Made by a program: the position numbers and the translations under genes
DNA from: Octopus sinensis
Taxonomy: Eukaryota
NCBI RefSeq assembly: GCF_006345805.1
Contig: NC_043016.1
Coordinates: 27,466,001 to 27,530,000 of the forward strand
Direction: 5' to 3'
DNA length: 64,000 nucleotides
Part shown: positions 25,545 through 39,219 of the stretch, one piece after another
Layout of the letters: each line of letters starts with the position of its first letter
Position numbering within the stretch: the stretch's first letter is position 1
Notes under the pieces: generated by a model
The model's database searches: none
The model's input: only the letters and a program-made list of their open reading frames with translations
Told to the model about the DNA's origin: nothing

Positions 25545-26273
25545 CCATTGGCTTTAACCACGGCTTCCAGATGACTTAGGAATCTCTTATAACTCTTTTG
25601 AATGGTCTCTTTGTTTAAGTTGGTGAATGTTGCCATAATCCTTGCCTTCAGTTCATCTTTGGTGTTACAAGGAGTTTTGCTGATTTCTCACTCACTTGCA
25701 CCCCACACATAATAATCAAGGGGGCTGCAGTCTGGGGAGTTAAGTGGCCAGATGTTAGGGGTGATGTGGTTGCATAAATTGTCTGGCAGCCATGACTGTG
25801 TTCTCCTGCTTGTGTGGCATGATACAGTCCTGTTGCCAGACATAGGGTCTTCCAGCAGCCACCCTCTTGACTTATGGCAGCACTACCTCCTCCAGGTATT
25901 TGATGTTGGCCTCAGTATTGAGTCTGAGGCCATGTGAGAAGATGAATAGAGGCATAATGTTGCCATTACTAGTGATCACTCCAAACAGCATTGATACTGA
26001 CTGGATGTTTGATTTTTATCACTCTCAGTACATGTTCTCAGATTGACACCCAAACACTCTGAAATGTTCGTATTGGAGTTTCTAGTGTGAATGCCAAACA
26101 ATACTGCTTGTCATTTCCGAATTTCTAGCAGAGTGAATTGCATCATGGTGCTGTTTTTCTTACAGATGGTGCCCAACTGACCCTACTATACTGTGTAGCC
26201 AACAAAATCAAAAACAACAATGCACACGTACGAAATTGAAAGTATGAAATGGTGACAATTTACTCATTGTCCC

Positions 26274-26275
<2 letters not shown>
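25545..26275 (-). mobile_element. Tc1/mariner-superfamily transposase C-terminal remnant
   Basis: Minus strand FGVITSNGNIMPLFIFSHGLRLNTE...YVWQQD...IWPLNSPDCSPLDYYVWG...NTKDELKARI...HLEAVVKANG. Terminal cccctg|TA at ~26270-26277. Confidence 0.85.
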
Positions 26276-26343
<68 letters not shown>

Positions 26344-27886
26344 ATTCATGCATACACATTGTTATTATTTGAGTTACAAAGTGGCCCAAGGGCCAACAGT
26401 TTCTTGCATGGCATGAAATTCTTAGCCTTTCATTCATTTTGTAACTTCTGCTGATTGAAATTGATTGAAAGTCTATATTTCATGCATGGAGTCTTGTTTG
26501 TTCTAGCAATCCTATGCATGCAAACATACATACATACATATGTGACATGAGATTTTTTTTTTTTTTTTTTGCCACTGCTGATTCAATGCTGACTATTTAA
26601 CATCAGGCATTTTAATGTTTCTCTCTCTTTTTCTCTTTCTCTTTCTCTCTCCCATTTTTTTTCTTACTCTTTTTCTACATGTATGTGTGTATGTCTGCAC
26701 CTGTGTACATATGTGTGTCTGTGTTTTTTGCCTCCGGTACCCAAAAATACTGTTACCAAAACCAACTGATTGTCCAGTAATTGGTGCTAAATCATCTGTG
26801 TCCAAATAACTGCACCGAATTGTCTTGTTCTAATTGTGTGTGTGTGTGTGTGTGTGTATGTATATATATATATATATATGTATGCATATATATATGATGA
26901 TATATATATATATATATATATATATGCATATATGTATCCTTTAACGTACATGTTTGTGGTCATCACTTTATTGAGGTAGATTTTCTACATCCTTCCTCTC
27001 AACAACCCTCACCTGTTTCCAAGCAAGTTAATATTTTCCTGTTGCCTGACATATTTTTCACAGGGACTGGAAATGAATGACATCACTTGTACGATGATCA
27101 TGATCATCAATAATTTTCACATGTGAGAAGGCTTTGAGAAATATGTGTGCATGTGCACACACACGTATATATGTGTGTGTTTGTATGTAATTATATATAT
27201 ATATATATATATATGAAATGTACTTTCAGGTTGTAGTTACCAAACCCAGTCTCTAGACTTGTTGAAATTACTTGCCCAAGGACTGAACTTGTAACTGTGT
27301 GATTGAGAAATGAGCTTCTCAACTATACAGTCTAGTATACGTGTGTGTGTGTGTGTGATTTTGTAGCCCCACTCAATTGATGGGGATCTTAGTTTTGCAA
27401 GTTGCATAGCAACCTCACTAGTGCTGGTGCCCTGTAAAAGTCACCCAGTGCACTCTTTAAAGTGATTTGGTCTAGCAAGGTCATCCAGCCTTTAGTAACC
27501 TTGCCAAAGCAGATATTGATGCATGATGCAGTCTTCAAATGTGTCAGATCCTGTCAAATCCTTTAACTTGCCAGCATGGAATATGAACATTAAATGATGG
27601 TATCAATGACATTATACACACACACACACACAATCAGCATTTAACATCCACTATTCCACATTTGTAGGATAAGATGCCCTTCTTGTCAATCTTCACGTAT
27701 AGCTAGACATTCTTTTCTTTTCTTTTTTGAGGAAGTCTAGAAACATCATGTGTTGTTTGGGCAAGGGTGCACAAAAACTCATACATACATACGCTTACAT
27801 ACTTTGCAATACTAATAATCATTTTTTTACAACCTAACATAACGTATATATGCTTTAGAATAAAGCATCAGGTGTTTATGGAATCT

Positions 27887-28278
27887 GGATGGATGGAAGC
27901 ACTCCGTCGGTTACGACAACGAGGGTCCCGGTTAATCCGAATCAACGGAACAGCCTGCTCGTGAAATTAACGTGTAAGTGGCTGAGCACTCCACAGACAC
28001 GTGTACCCTTAACGTAGTTCTCGGGGATATTCAGCGTGACACAGAGAGTGACAAGGCTGGCCCATTGAAATACAGGTACAACAGAAACAGGAAATAAGAG
28101 TGAGAGAAAGTTGTGGTGAAAGAGTACAGCAGGGATCACCACCATCCCCTACCGGAGCCTCGTGGAGCTTTATGTGTTTTCGCTCAATAAACACTCACAA
28201 CGCCTGGTCTGGGAATCGAAACCGCGATCCTATGACCGCGAGTCCGCTGCCCTAACCACTAGGCCATTGCGTCTCCTC
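27887..28278 (-). mobile_element. Full-length tRNA-derived SINE
   Basis: A box TGGCCTAGTGG and B box GTTTCGATTCC on the minus strand; (CCAT)n tail; 10-bp TSD tatggaatct (27877-86 / 28279-88). Confidence 0.92.
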
Positions 28279-28501
28279 TATGGAATCTAATGACCAGCAA
28301 AAGAACAAAAGTTGCATAATCATCTCCATTAACTTACAGCTGTTTCTGCTATTACAAGCACTGTACTCAGAGCTGAGTGTTTGTGCAAAACAATAATATT
28401 TTGCAAAGCAGTTAAATATCTAGAGCTGGTTACATTAAGGACTACATATATGATAATATATGGGTTAAGGGTGAAAAACCCTGGGCAAAGATATACTGGG
28501 T

Positions 28502-28535
<34 letters not shown>

Positions 28536-28647
28536 ATAATATTAGGGAGTATAACTCCAAACTTACAGGGAAAAATTCAATTTAGTATTTATGTTTTGGT
28601 TTATGTCTATCACTGTTTCAGTTGCATAATAGTGGTTTTATCTCTAA

Positions 28648-28681
<34 letters not shown>

Positions 28682-28752
28682 GTAGGTCCCGGGTTGATTC
28701 GGGGTTAACCACAGTAAATAAGGTACTCAATACATAGCAGAGTAAAATTAAT

Positions 28753-28931
28753 TTATTATATAGAAGGAGCTTCTACAGGACTAGAACTGTTTCATTCAAG
28801 AGAAATCTTCAGGAAGCTAGTTAACAAGAATTGTATTGGCAATGCCAATACAATTCTTGTTAACTAGCTTCCTGAAGATTTCTCTTGAATGAAACAGTTC
28901 TAGTCCTGTAGAAGCTCCTTCTATATAATAA
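28753..28931. repeat. Perfect palindrome, 89-bp arms, 1-nt centre (28842); PLE pseudo-LTR-like
   Basis: 28753-28841 is the exact reverse complement of 28843-28931. Confidence 0.95.
28866..28916 (+). ncRNA. Type I hammerhead ribozyme motif (mirror copy on the minus strand at 28768-28818)
   Basis: Stem I AGCTTC/GAAGCT; CTGAAGA 28872-78; stem II TTC-TCTT-GAA closed by a U.U mismatch; GAAA 28891-94; stem III CAG/CTG with an 8-nt loop; U28909, A28910 (GUA site). Confidence 0.65.
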
Positions 28932-29506
28932 TTATATATATATATAATATATATATATATGTATCAGTGCTCATTTATAGGTGCATACATAGGGATACAA
29001 GCAAAATATATAAATTAGACAACTGGACATACATTTAACTAGATCAGCTCAGACAGATAAAAGTATAGGGACAGCTAGACTAAAAGACTTATTCAAAAGT
29101 GCCAAGTATTTGTATATATTTATTCATTTGTTACCCCTTGATACATTTATTTTTAATTTTCATATGATATTGTGTAGATAAGAAAATTTAGTGGAAATTT
29201 AAAAAGTAATCAAATAATCTTTGTAAAGATCTGATCTGCTATGATGATGAGTTAGGAGAGTCATGAAAATGTCAACACATAACCATGCTTAGGCACCCAC
29301 CTATAAAAACAATATATATATTATTTATTTACATATATATATATATATATATATAGTGGAAGTCGATTCGTGGACTAGTAAAAGCACTAAAAGCACTTCT
29401 TAAACTGATTTCACTCTAAGAAATGCTTGCATTAGTCTCTCTATTGCTGATGTTCTTGTAGAATATTGGAATTAAATGACACTGCTTACATCATAAGGTT
29501 AGAATC

Positions 29507-29538
<32 letters not shown>

Positions 29539-30646
29539 TGTACTTCTTTCAGTTTCCATCTTTCAAATTTACCCATATGGCTTTGGTTCTCCCAGAGTTA
29601 CAGTTGAAGACTATGTCCGGTAAGTTCATCGTCATCAATCCACCACAGGAAAAGTTCACCGTCATCAATTCACCTTTTTTTTTTTTTTTTTTTTCAGTAA
29701 AATAGTTTTTAACTGTTAATAGTGAGATACTATGAATATATTTTCTCAGTAAACTTTCCTCGCGGTGAACTTACCTAGAATCTTTGAAGGCACTCGTCTA
29801 AGGTGATATGCTGTGGGGCTCAAACTGTGCTTAGAACGCAGACTTCTTAACCATTCAGCCATGCTTGTACCTGTAAATATTTATATACCACTCTGTGTAA
29901 TGTCACATGACATCACATGAGGGAAATGACAATGTCTTAATGACATTGGATGTGTGTGTGTGTGTGTGTGTATGTGCATATGTGTAACTAACATGTTATC
30001 TCTCTTTCATCCTTCTATTTACTGTATCATCATTTCTAATCTGCTGTTCCACACTATCAGCACCCCCCACCCACTCCAGGTACACCTACCCCGTTCTTCC
30101 CAATTCACCTCATAGCTTGAAGATTCATTCTGATACTTCATCACTATTTTACCTCTCTTTTCAGTTCCACCCAGTTACCTTGCCCTCTCTTCAAAAATTT
30201 GTGTAGACATGTAAGCTCCTCTACAGCAAGGAACCTGTCCTGCTCTGCCCCTTTTTTGTTCATATTTTACTCCCCTTTCTACTCCTTATTCTCCAAGCAT
30301 AAAGTTGTCCCCATGCACATTCTTGGATCATAGTCTTGCAAGTTTGTATGGTAACCGCACTAGTGCTGGTGATACAAAAAAAAAAAATCTTCCATTACAT
30401 ACTGTAATGTGGTTGGTATTAGGAAGGGTATTCAGCAGTGGAAACCATGTCACAGCAGACACTGGAGCATGATGTAATCCTTGGACCTATCAAATCCTGT
30501 CAAACTACTCAGCCCATTATAACAAGGGTGTTAATGATGGTGATGATGATAATTTCTGTACATACTCTACATTTTAGGTAGCCCATAGTGAAACTCTTCT
30601 GGCTGTAATTTATCATATATTTCTGATATTTGTTTGAAACTATATA

Positions 30647-31509
30647 CAGTCAACTCTCGCTACTATGCCACCCTGCGGGACTGAGCCAAAGTGGCATAGT
30701 ACCGAGGGTCTGTTATCTAAACACTACATAACCAAAAATGTACTGAACATACGAATAAAAATTCATAGGGTAGGAAGTAAGGCCAATAAGAAGTTCAATG
30801 CAATGGTAAAAAGAAGACATCCAAGTTTATTAAGTTCAGATTGCTTTTAGTTAATCCCGAAGCTCTCAAAAATTGTCGGCTGACGCATCTTCTTTCGGCG
30901 GATTTAATTCATTTCGTTGTCTAGCCTATCACACACCTGCATGATGCTGGGTTTTCCACTGCTCTGCTGCTGCATAAACTTTCGGATAGTGCTCCATGCT
31001 CTCTGGGCATCTGCAAACGAAACGTATTCCTCTTCCACAATTAGCTCGTTGTCTTCACTTTCCACCGGCTCTTCGTTATGCATTACCTCCTTTGCTATTT
31101 CTTCTAGAGTGAAACATGTCGGACAATATAAGGGGCGGTAACTTGTATCAGATATTACTAATGATACGAGGGGCCCGACAATAACGTTTTTCGCAGCATC
31201 GATAATCTCCTTCTTTTCCTTCAGCGTAAACTCAGTCCGCTTGCGTTTCTGAGCTGACATTGTGTGCTACTTTCTGAACTTTTCCACAAGATTACAAATA
31301 CGAAATGTACAAAATGTAGGAGTACAAAATTTTGAAAAGTTGCGTGCGCTTCAGTTTACAAGTGGCATAGTAGCGAGAGTTGAGGGTGGCATAGTAAAAT
31401 TTTTTTGTTTATTATTTGGCCGGGACCGCGCAAAACTGGCATAGTAGCGAGAGTGGCATAGTAGTGAGGTGGCATAGTAGCGAGGTGGCATAGTAGCGAG
31501 AGTTGACTG
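30647..31509 (-). mobile_element. Tigger/pogo non-autonomous element with fused mini-ORF (30904-31260)
   Basis: TA TSDs (30645-46, 31510-11); 26-bp TIR CAGTCAACTCTCGCTACTATGCCACC; subterminal GGCATAGTAGCGAG repeats. ORF start KRKRTEFTLKEKKEII (CENP-B/psq N-terminus) is joined to an acidic Tigger-like C-terminus. Confidence 0.92.
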
Positions 31510-31511
31510 TA

Positions 31512-31848
31512 ACATGCTTGGCCAATGTGAATCACCAGGTTACTTTTTCGAAAGAGCTGTTCTTCACTCCTGCTCCAGAGCGTCGGCTGCGGGGTCATTC
31601 CGAAAAGCTCTATCTGCGACAATTTCATCTCAATCGAAGGAGAGGAGCTTTCTCCGTCCGGGTTGCGGATCCGTGGAACAAGCTGCCAGATGAGATGAAG
31701 ATGCCGACGACCGCTTTGTTCAAAGCCTCCCTGGACCTCAAGTGGCCTGAACTCTTTACATGAACACCACCCTGTACTTAACTCCATGTCCCCCTACATG
31801 GCCTTGCTATTTGCTTTTGAGCCAAATTAACTAACTAACTAACTAACT
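31512..31848 (+). mobile_element. CR1 LINE 3' end
   Basis: LRGHSEKLY...RRGAFSVRVADPWNKLP...LFKASLD* followed by a (TAAC)n tail. Confidence 0.88.
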
Positions 31849-32049
31849 TATTAAAGATTGCTTATAGACAATTAAGTATAAGACAAAGCTTATAAAATAA
31901 AAGGCTGTTTTTTTTTTTTTCTTTTTAAATCAAAGGGCTACAGAAGTATAAAGCTCTAAAAGTAATGAAGTATAAGAATTCTGTGAAAGTAAGTTAGTAA
32001 GATATTTGGTTATCAGTTCAATAATCTTCAGACTTGATTGTGTAGTTAG

Positions 32050-33156
32050 AAACTCTCTGCAATGGGTGTGGGGGATGACCTTTTTAACTGGTTGAAATCC
32101 TTCATCCTCAGCCGAAAGGAGGTAGTCACAGTTCTAGGACAGCACTCTACACCATATGAGATGTCATCGGGTGTACTACAGGGATCTATCCTTGGCCCCC
32201 TCTTGTTTGTGGCATACATTAACGACATAGATGCCAATTTAAAGAATGCCACAGTATTGAAATATGCAGACGACATCAAGCTGTACCTTGAAATCAAGAG
32301 GACAGATCCTGATGTCTACAACTCTTTCCTGCAATCAGACCTAGACACAATGCAGCAATGGATCACAGACTGGCAACTGAAACTGGCTGTGGACAAGTGT
32401 ACCACCATGCATTTTGGGAGAAAAAACCCTGCGTTCACATACTCCCTCCACAACACTGATATCAAGAAATCCTCTTGCGAGCGTGACCTAGGCATCACTG
32501 TCAGCAGTGATTTGCGTTGGTCAAAGCATATCTCTAAGATTGTCAGGAAGGCCGAGGGTGTCTTGGCATCACTCAGCAGGTCTTTTGTTAGCCGCTCTCC
32601 AGCCATCTATTTAAAACTGTATACAGCTATGGTACGACCACACTTGGAATTCGCATCATCAGTTTGGAACCCCTATCTTGCACAGAACATTGACCTCCTG
32701 GAATCTGTCCAGAGACGTGCAACCAAACGCATACCCTCCATCAGACACCTACCATATTCTGAGCGCCTTGTTTCCCTGGGCATGGATTCACTGAAGCTCC
32801 GGCGTTTGGCGACGGACTTGGTAAACACCCACAAAGTTATCAACCACCTCACCAACAACAACACTGAACACCTTTTTGATCTCCATGTGTCTAACACACG
32901 TGGACATGCCTACAAAGTCAGAAAACAATACAGCTCCCATGACTTTCGGAAACATTTTTTCACGCTCAGAGTTGCTGAAGCATGGAATAAACTGCCTGCG
33001 TCAGTTGTTGACTGCCATGACACTGCATCTTTTAAGGCCCTCATGCTTTCCAAAATCCGCCGAAACTTCACCTGATTATATATACACTTTAGATGAGTTG
33101 TAGTGCACCTGAGCACTGTACACAATTATTATTATTATTATTATTTATTATTATTA
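32050..33156 (+). mobile_element. Young 5'-truncated CR1 LINE, open RT/C-terminal ORF (32062-33075, 337 aa)
   Basis: GVLQGSILGPLLF, YINDI, KYADDIKLY, ERDLGI, VRPHLEFASSVWNPY, ESVQRRATK, TRGH, RVAEAWNKLP; no stops; (TTA)n tail. Confidence 0.95.
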
Positions 33157-33946
33157 TAAGCCTACTTTGCAACCATATAGTCTCAGGTTCAGTCTCGCTG
33201 AGCAGCATTTTGGGTAGTATTCTAGCATCATATACTAAAGCCCCATATATACCAATACCTTATGAATGAATCTGGTAGATAGAAATTGTGTGTGTGTGTG
33301 TGTGTCTCTCTCTCTCTCTCGTATATGCTTCTGTTTGTGTTTCCCCCCATCCACTCAATTGACAAATAGTACTGGTTTGTTTTGGGAGAATAAACCCCAT
33401 ATTTTTGAAAGAAAAAAATATAGGTACTGACGTTGATTTGTTTGATTAAAACCTTTCAAGGTGGTGCCCCAGTGTGGCTTCAGTTCAATGACTGAAACAA
33501 GTTAAAGATGGAAAAGGGATTAAATCAAAAATCCTAATCTAGAAATCTACTGACAACTTGTTCTTAGAAATATAAATGCTTCTATCAAATACTCTTCCGT
33601 AGAAGCCCTTAAATCTGATCTTACCGTTTTCAAATTAACATCAGTAAAATTGAAAATTTTAAGGCATTATGTTACATCTTACATTTAGTTGCAGTCAATA
33701 TCAGAGTTGGTGCATAGTTGCCAATTCCAATAACCTAATTTTTCTCCCGACTTGTGACTCCAAATCTAAAGTGATGCTGAAATTCCATTGTTCTGTCTCT
33801 GCTGAGTTTTTTTTTATAAACAAACATGATTGAGTTTTCCATTGTTAGTATTAGAAGTTACCTCTTTCTAAAATGTTTAGTCATGTTCCCAAAAATTGAA
33901 ATTACTTCCTCCATTTCTGAACCATGCAAGACCACACTATCATTTA

Positions 33947-34916
33947 CCATTTTTAACAGCATATTAAGGTGCACTTTTATTTTCTAAAAGTTTCAAAAAA
34001 TTACATCTTGTGTTGCTGTATTATAGATGAGAGACAGTATTGTAGAGTAGGGAGCTCACATGATATTTGTTACTAATAGTAAAATATTGCAAACAAGCCA
34101 AAATATTAGTTTGTTAGCATAAACTTACCAAAGCTTACCAAAAACATGTCAAAAGTTATGTAGAAAGGTCACATCATCTCATTATACCTTCTTCCTCAGC
34201 ACACATAGGATAAAAAAGGGTACCCCCCCCCTTAGGTCATTAATGACTGGCCTGCCACAGTTACACAGATCATGAAAGCCAAAAATACAAATTTTACATT
34301 TTAATATGGCAGTTTTCTTGACCCAAAATATAAACAATTATATGGTTGATCTGAAAGATGATAAAACTAAGATACAGTACTCCTATAGCATAGCTTTTTC
34401 TGATTAATTTATGGTCTCATTCTTTATCCCAGTTATAGTGTCACAAAATTGTATTTACTTGCACAGAATCATGCATTTTCCCTGACATAACTCATCGTCA
34501 TCGTCATCGTTTAATGTCCGTTCTCCATGCTAGCATGGGTTGGACGGTTCGACCGGGGATCTGGGAAGCCAGAAGGCTGCACCAGGCTCCAGTCTGATCT
34601 GGCAGTGTTTCTACAGCTGGATGCCCTTCCTAATGCCAACCACTCCGTGAGTGTAGTGGGTGCTTTTTACGTGCCACCTGCACAGGTGCCAGGCGAGGCT
34701 GGCAACGGCCACGGTCGGATTGGTGCATTTTACGTGCCACCGGCGCTGGCATCGGCCACGATTCGGACAGTGCTTTAACTACTTTAAAATATCTCTCAAT
34801 AAGTGTATGATCAAACATACTACATTTGTTTTGTTTTTTCCCCCCCCTACAAAATATACTTATGAAATAGGGGTGCATCTTTTGTGAGGGAGCATTTTAT
34901 ATACCAGCAAATATGG
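33947..34916. mobile_element. Tc2-like MITE interrupted by a retroposon at ~34490-34785
   Basis: Degenerate left TIR TA|ccatttttaacagcatattaaggtgcac and right TIR ...ataccagcaaatatgg|TA. The insert has a (GAC/GAT)n tail and a possible taact duplication. Confidence 0.7.
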
Positions 34917-35670
34917 TATCTCTTTTCTAATGGAATCATTAAGTAGTCGAGTTTTGGTTTGAGAAATTTCTATTAGATAATTCATTACCATTTTCATGGC
35001 ACATACACGTGTGTGTGTAGTTGTCTAATGGGTAGTGTGGTGGCTTCACAATTATATAACATTCAATTCTTGAACTGGAGACCAGGCTCTGCAAGGCAGT
35101 TCATTTATCAAAAAGTGGAAAGGCTGAAAGTGTGTATAATTGTGACTGTACATGTACCTAAAACTATTAATGAAAACCTGGTAATGCTTGCTTGCGCCAG
35201 CTGTAGGATTGAGCTAAGAATGTATACGTCTATGTGTGTAAGTCATTATTATCATCATTTTTAAAAATCTACTTTGCTGTCCTATGCTTGCATGGCTCAG
35301 AGAGATTCATTGACCCAGACTTTCTACAACTGAATGCCCTTCCTCTCATTAGCCCTCTCATGTTTCTAAGCAAGGTAATATTTCCCCATGGTTGTTCACA
35401 TTTTCACAATGCTTGTATGATGGTGATGCTCATTTATATCTACTGTGTGATGTCAAGACAAGGAGAGACAAGTATCCATGTGAACACATGAATGCACACA
35501 CACACATGACAAGTCAATTTCAGGGTTATAGTAAATGATACTCATCCAAAGTTCCACATAGTGATATTGAAACTGAAACCATCTGGTTGGAAAACAAACT
35601 TCTCAGCCACATAGCTATGCCTGCATCCTATATATATATATATAAGTTAATGTAGAGATAAGCAGGTTAG

Positions 35671-36040
35671 ACAGATCAATATATAAAGTATATTAAATAC
35701 ATGAAATACAAAAAAATGTATATATGTACATAGTCCAACTTACACAGAATACAAATGATATAGAAAATTAAAGAGGATGAGGGGAAATGTAAGATCACTT
35801 CTCTGAAGAAAGAGGCTCATCTCATCCTTTGATGGAATCAATCTTCAAACATTATTACGGACCACCAAGACCCCAGAAACAGCTATTAGATTTGTAATAC
35901 TGTTCCTCATCCCCTTTAATTCTCCATATCATTTGTATTCTGTATAGGTCAGACCTCTTTATATGTATACATATATATACATTTTTTGTATATACATATA
36001 TATATTTCATGTATTTTATATACTTTATATATTGGTCTGT
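35671..36040. repeat. Diverged inverted repeat with a decayed hammerhead motif in the spacer
   Basis: Arms ~35671-35782 and ~35903-36040. Spacer has TCT-CTGAAGA (35803-09) ... GAAA-CAGCTA-TT-AGA (35876-90), but stem II does not pair. Confidence 0.7.
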
Positions 36041-36620
36041 GTGACTTGCTTCTATACTTGCTCAAGTTTAAATCTCTTGAGCACTATACAGAGAACATTT
36101 GGATCTCATCTATGAACTATATATATATTGTATTATAAAAGTGACCGCAATCTAAAGGTTGATGTTGTCACTCATGTTTTTAATGCAGACATCTGTCCCT
36201 CCTTGTGCTTCTCCTTATATATATTTGGGACCAACATATGAGCATATGTCTTTATCTGTGCTTTCAACCCGCAATTAGTTTTAAATATGGTACATATCAT
36301 CCAATATTCTTTACATCCCATGAATCTGCCTAGGCTTCCTTCCGCTGTTCCATAGAGGGAACGACATGTTCTTGTATAACCTGTTAAGACGGAATTGCCC
36401 AGTTTATTAGCACAACTCCGTATTGTAATCTCATTCATGAAAACTTTTCATGCTGTGTAACTTTTTTTCAATAACGTACATTTAAACCCTTTTGCATGTT
36501 GCGCGCGCGCGTGTGTGTGTGCACCATTATCACCAGTTGTTGTTCTAATTAACCAAGTCATTAATGTTTCTTAAATTTTCATCTTTATTTTTTTATGTCC
36601 ATGTTTTTTTTTTTTATTTA

Positions 36621-37433
36621 CTGTATTTGCTGGCATATAAGATGCAGTTTTTCAATATTTAAATATATCAAAATAGTTACCTTGTGTCTAAGGCAACCAA
36701 GTGTGCAGCAATTTAATGGAGAGGTCACGTCTTATTGAACCTCTTTTCTCAGTACACATAAAAAAACACCTGATATATGTCTTATATTATTTACCCTTTA
36801 GCATTTAAACTGACCATATCCAGCCACAATTTTCTACCTGTTTGTGTTCAAACCAGCTAGATCAGGCATCTCACTACAAGATAATACATGATTAATTCAA
36901 TCAATATGAATAAAAAAGCTTACATTTGACAGACAAGAGTAATCTGAATGCTAAAGGGTTAAGGAATCTTACCTCAAAAAAAAAAAAAAACAATTTTAAT
37001 TGTATAAATGGAAAAATCTTGAAAAGTGAAAGAAATGTCAAACTTTCATCCAACTATCAGCTATTTGCAGTGGGTAAAAGACACCTTAGTAATTGTCTCC
37101 TACCTTGGTGGTCAATCACATTAAACATCTCAGCAAGTTTTACATCTTGTATGACAGTTCTCTCGATCAAATTATGTGCAGATTTGAAAGAAGATAAAAA
37201 TGAAATATGGTACTCCCATAACAGTTTATATATGACAAAATTAAAGGCTTCATATTTTATTCAAGTATATACTGTCAGAATATTGTATTTTCTTGCACAG
37301 AATCATACATTTTCCCCAGGAAAATCATTTAAAAATATCTTTCAATAAGTATATGAAGAAGTGCACTAAATTTGTTTCTTCCACAAAATATTATTGTAAA
37401 ATAGGGGTACATCTTATATGCTAGCAAATACAG
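36621..37433. mobile_element. Tc2-like (TcMar) MITE carrying a nested TTAA-type MITE (~36794-36958)
   Basis: TA TSDs (36619-20, 37434-35); TIR CTGTATTTGCT(G/A)GCATATAAGATG. Confidence 0.88.
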
Positions 37434-39059
37434 TATTTATTATCAATAAGATGGCGAGCTAGCTGAAACATTAACATGCCGGGAATAATGCTTAGTGACA
37501 TTTCATCCATCTTTACATTCTGAGTTCAAATTCTACAAAGATTGACTTTGCCTTCCATCCTTTTGGGGTCAATTAAATAAGTACCAGTTGAACACTGGAG
37601 TCGATATAGTCGACTTATCCTCCTCCCCTGAATTGCAGGCCTTGTGCTGAAATTTGAAACCATTATTATTGTTGTTGTTGTTGTTATTTATTTGTTTGGT
37701 TATTTTTTTTTGTGTATGTGTCAAAAGAACACTAAGGTTTTATATTCCTTGCTGGGTCTGTGTGTTGAATATATTTTGGGTGAAAGCTGGCTACCAACAA
37801 AAATATTTTTAAGATGTCTTCATCGGCGCAGGTGTGGCTATGGGATAAGAAGTTTGCTTCTTTACCACATGGTTCTAAGTTTTGTCCCAATGTGTGACAC
37901 CTTGGGCAAGTATCTTCTACTACAGTCTCAAGCCAACCAAAGCCTTGTAAGTGGATTTGGTAGACAGAAAACTGAAAGAAACCTATTGTATGTGTAAAGT
38001 GTTGGTGTGTTTACAACCCTGTAATTTAGGGGTTCGGCTGAAGAGACTGATGGAATAATTACTGGGCTTAAAAAGGAAAATGAATGCTGAGGTCAATTTG
38101 ACTTCAAAACAGTGCCCCAGCATGGTCGCAGTCTAACGACGGAAACAAATAAACGATAGACATGAAAAATTAAAAGAAAGAAGTTAGCATTCACCACTCT
38201 TGTTAATTGTAAATGATTTAAAACAGAAATTGTCGTCCAAAGTCTGAATAGTAGGGACACGGGCATGGCTGTGTGGTTAAGAGTTTGTTTTGCAACCATG
38301 TGATTTCAGGTTCATTCCCAATGCTAGGCACCATAAGTTGGTTAATGCCTTGCGATTGAAATTTTGATACGTGGAAACTACAGAAGCTTTGTGTGCATGC
38401 ATGTGAGTATGTGTGTGTGTGTGTATTTGTCTCTACATTGGAATGTATGTCTTTGCATTGACACCACATAGACAGTGGTGATATTTGTTTATGTCCCAGA
38501 CAGACAGTGCATTCTACAGCTCAGGAGTTTGACATACAGAGGAAGATTAGTGGAATAAAATATCTTACTTGAAAAACAAGTAAAGAAAAAAACAAGTCAG
38601 GGTTTTCATCAGGTAGGGCATACACTGTTAAAACATTGTCTCCAGTCGTCTTGTCCAATCCATGCCAGTAATCAGAAGTATGGATGCCAAAATGCCAGTA
38701 CTGATGATGATGATGATGGCATGTGTGTGTGTGTGCGTGCATGTGCATATATATATATATATATATATATAATGCATGCATTCATTTATGTGTTGTATGT
38801 GTTCATGAATAAAATAATTTTCAATGACTAATTATGGAGCTCACAACATTTGATTTGAAGTTACAGTAGGGTGGTGGGACTGTCAAGATTTTTTTTTTTT
38901 TTAATGTATGTGTGTTTGGAACGAAGCAAACACATGCTGGATATGCATCATTGATAAAAAAAAAATTTAATTTTTGTTGTTGTTGTTATCATTATCATCA
39001 TTATTTTCTTGTTTGTTTCATATATTTCTGTGCAATTGCTGAAACCATTTTTGTTACAA

Positions 39060-39130
<71 letters not shown>

Positions 39131-39181
39131 GTATATATGTATGTGTGTACACATATACATGCATATGCACACTCATACACC

Positions 39182-39219
<38 letters not shown>

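Noticed and set aside
28200-28278. tRNA gene
   Set aside because: The A and B boxes belong to a SINE head with body, tail and TSD.
36172-36438. 88-aa minus-strand ORF, and a possible + strand terminal exon (GNDMFLYNLLRRNCPVY*)
   Set aside because: No recognisable homology and no partner exons; treated as unique non-coding sequence.
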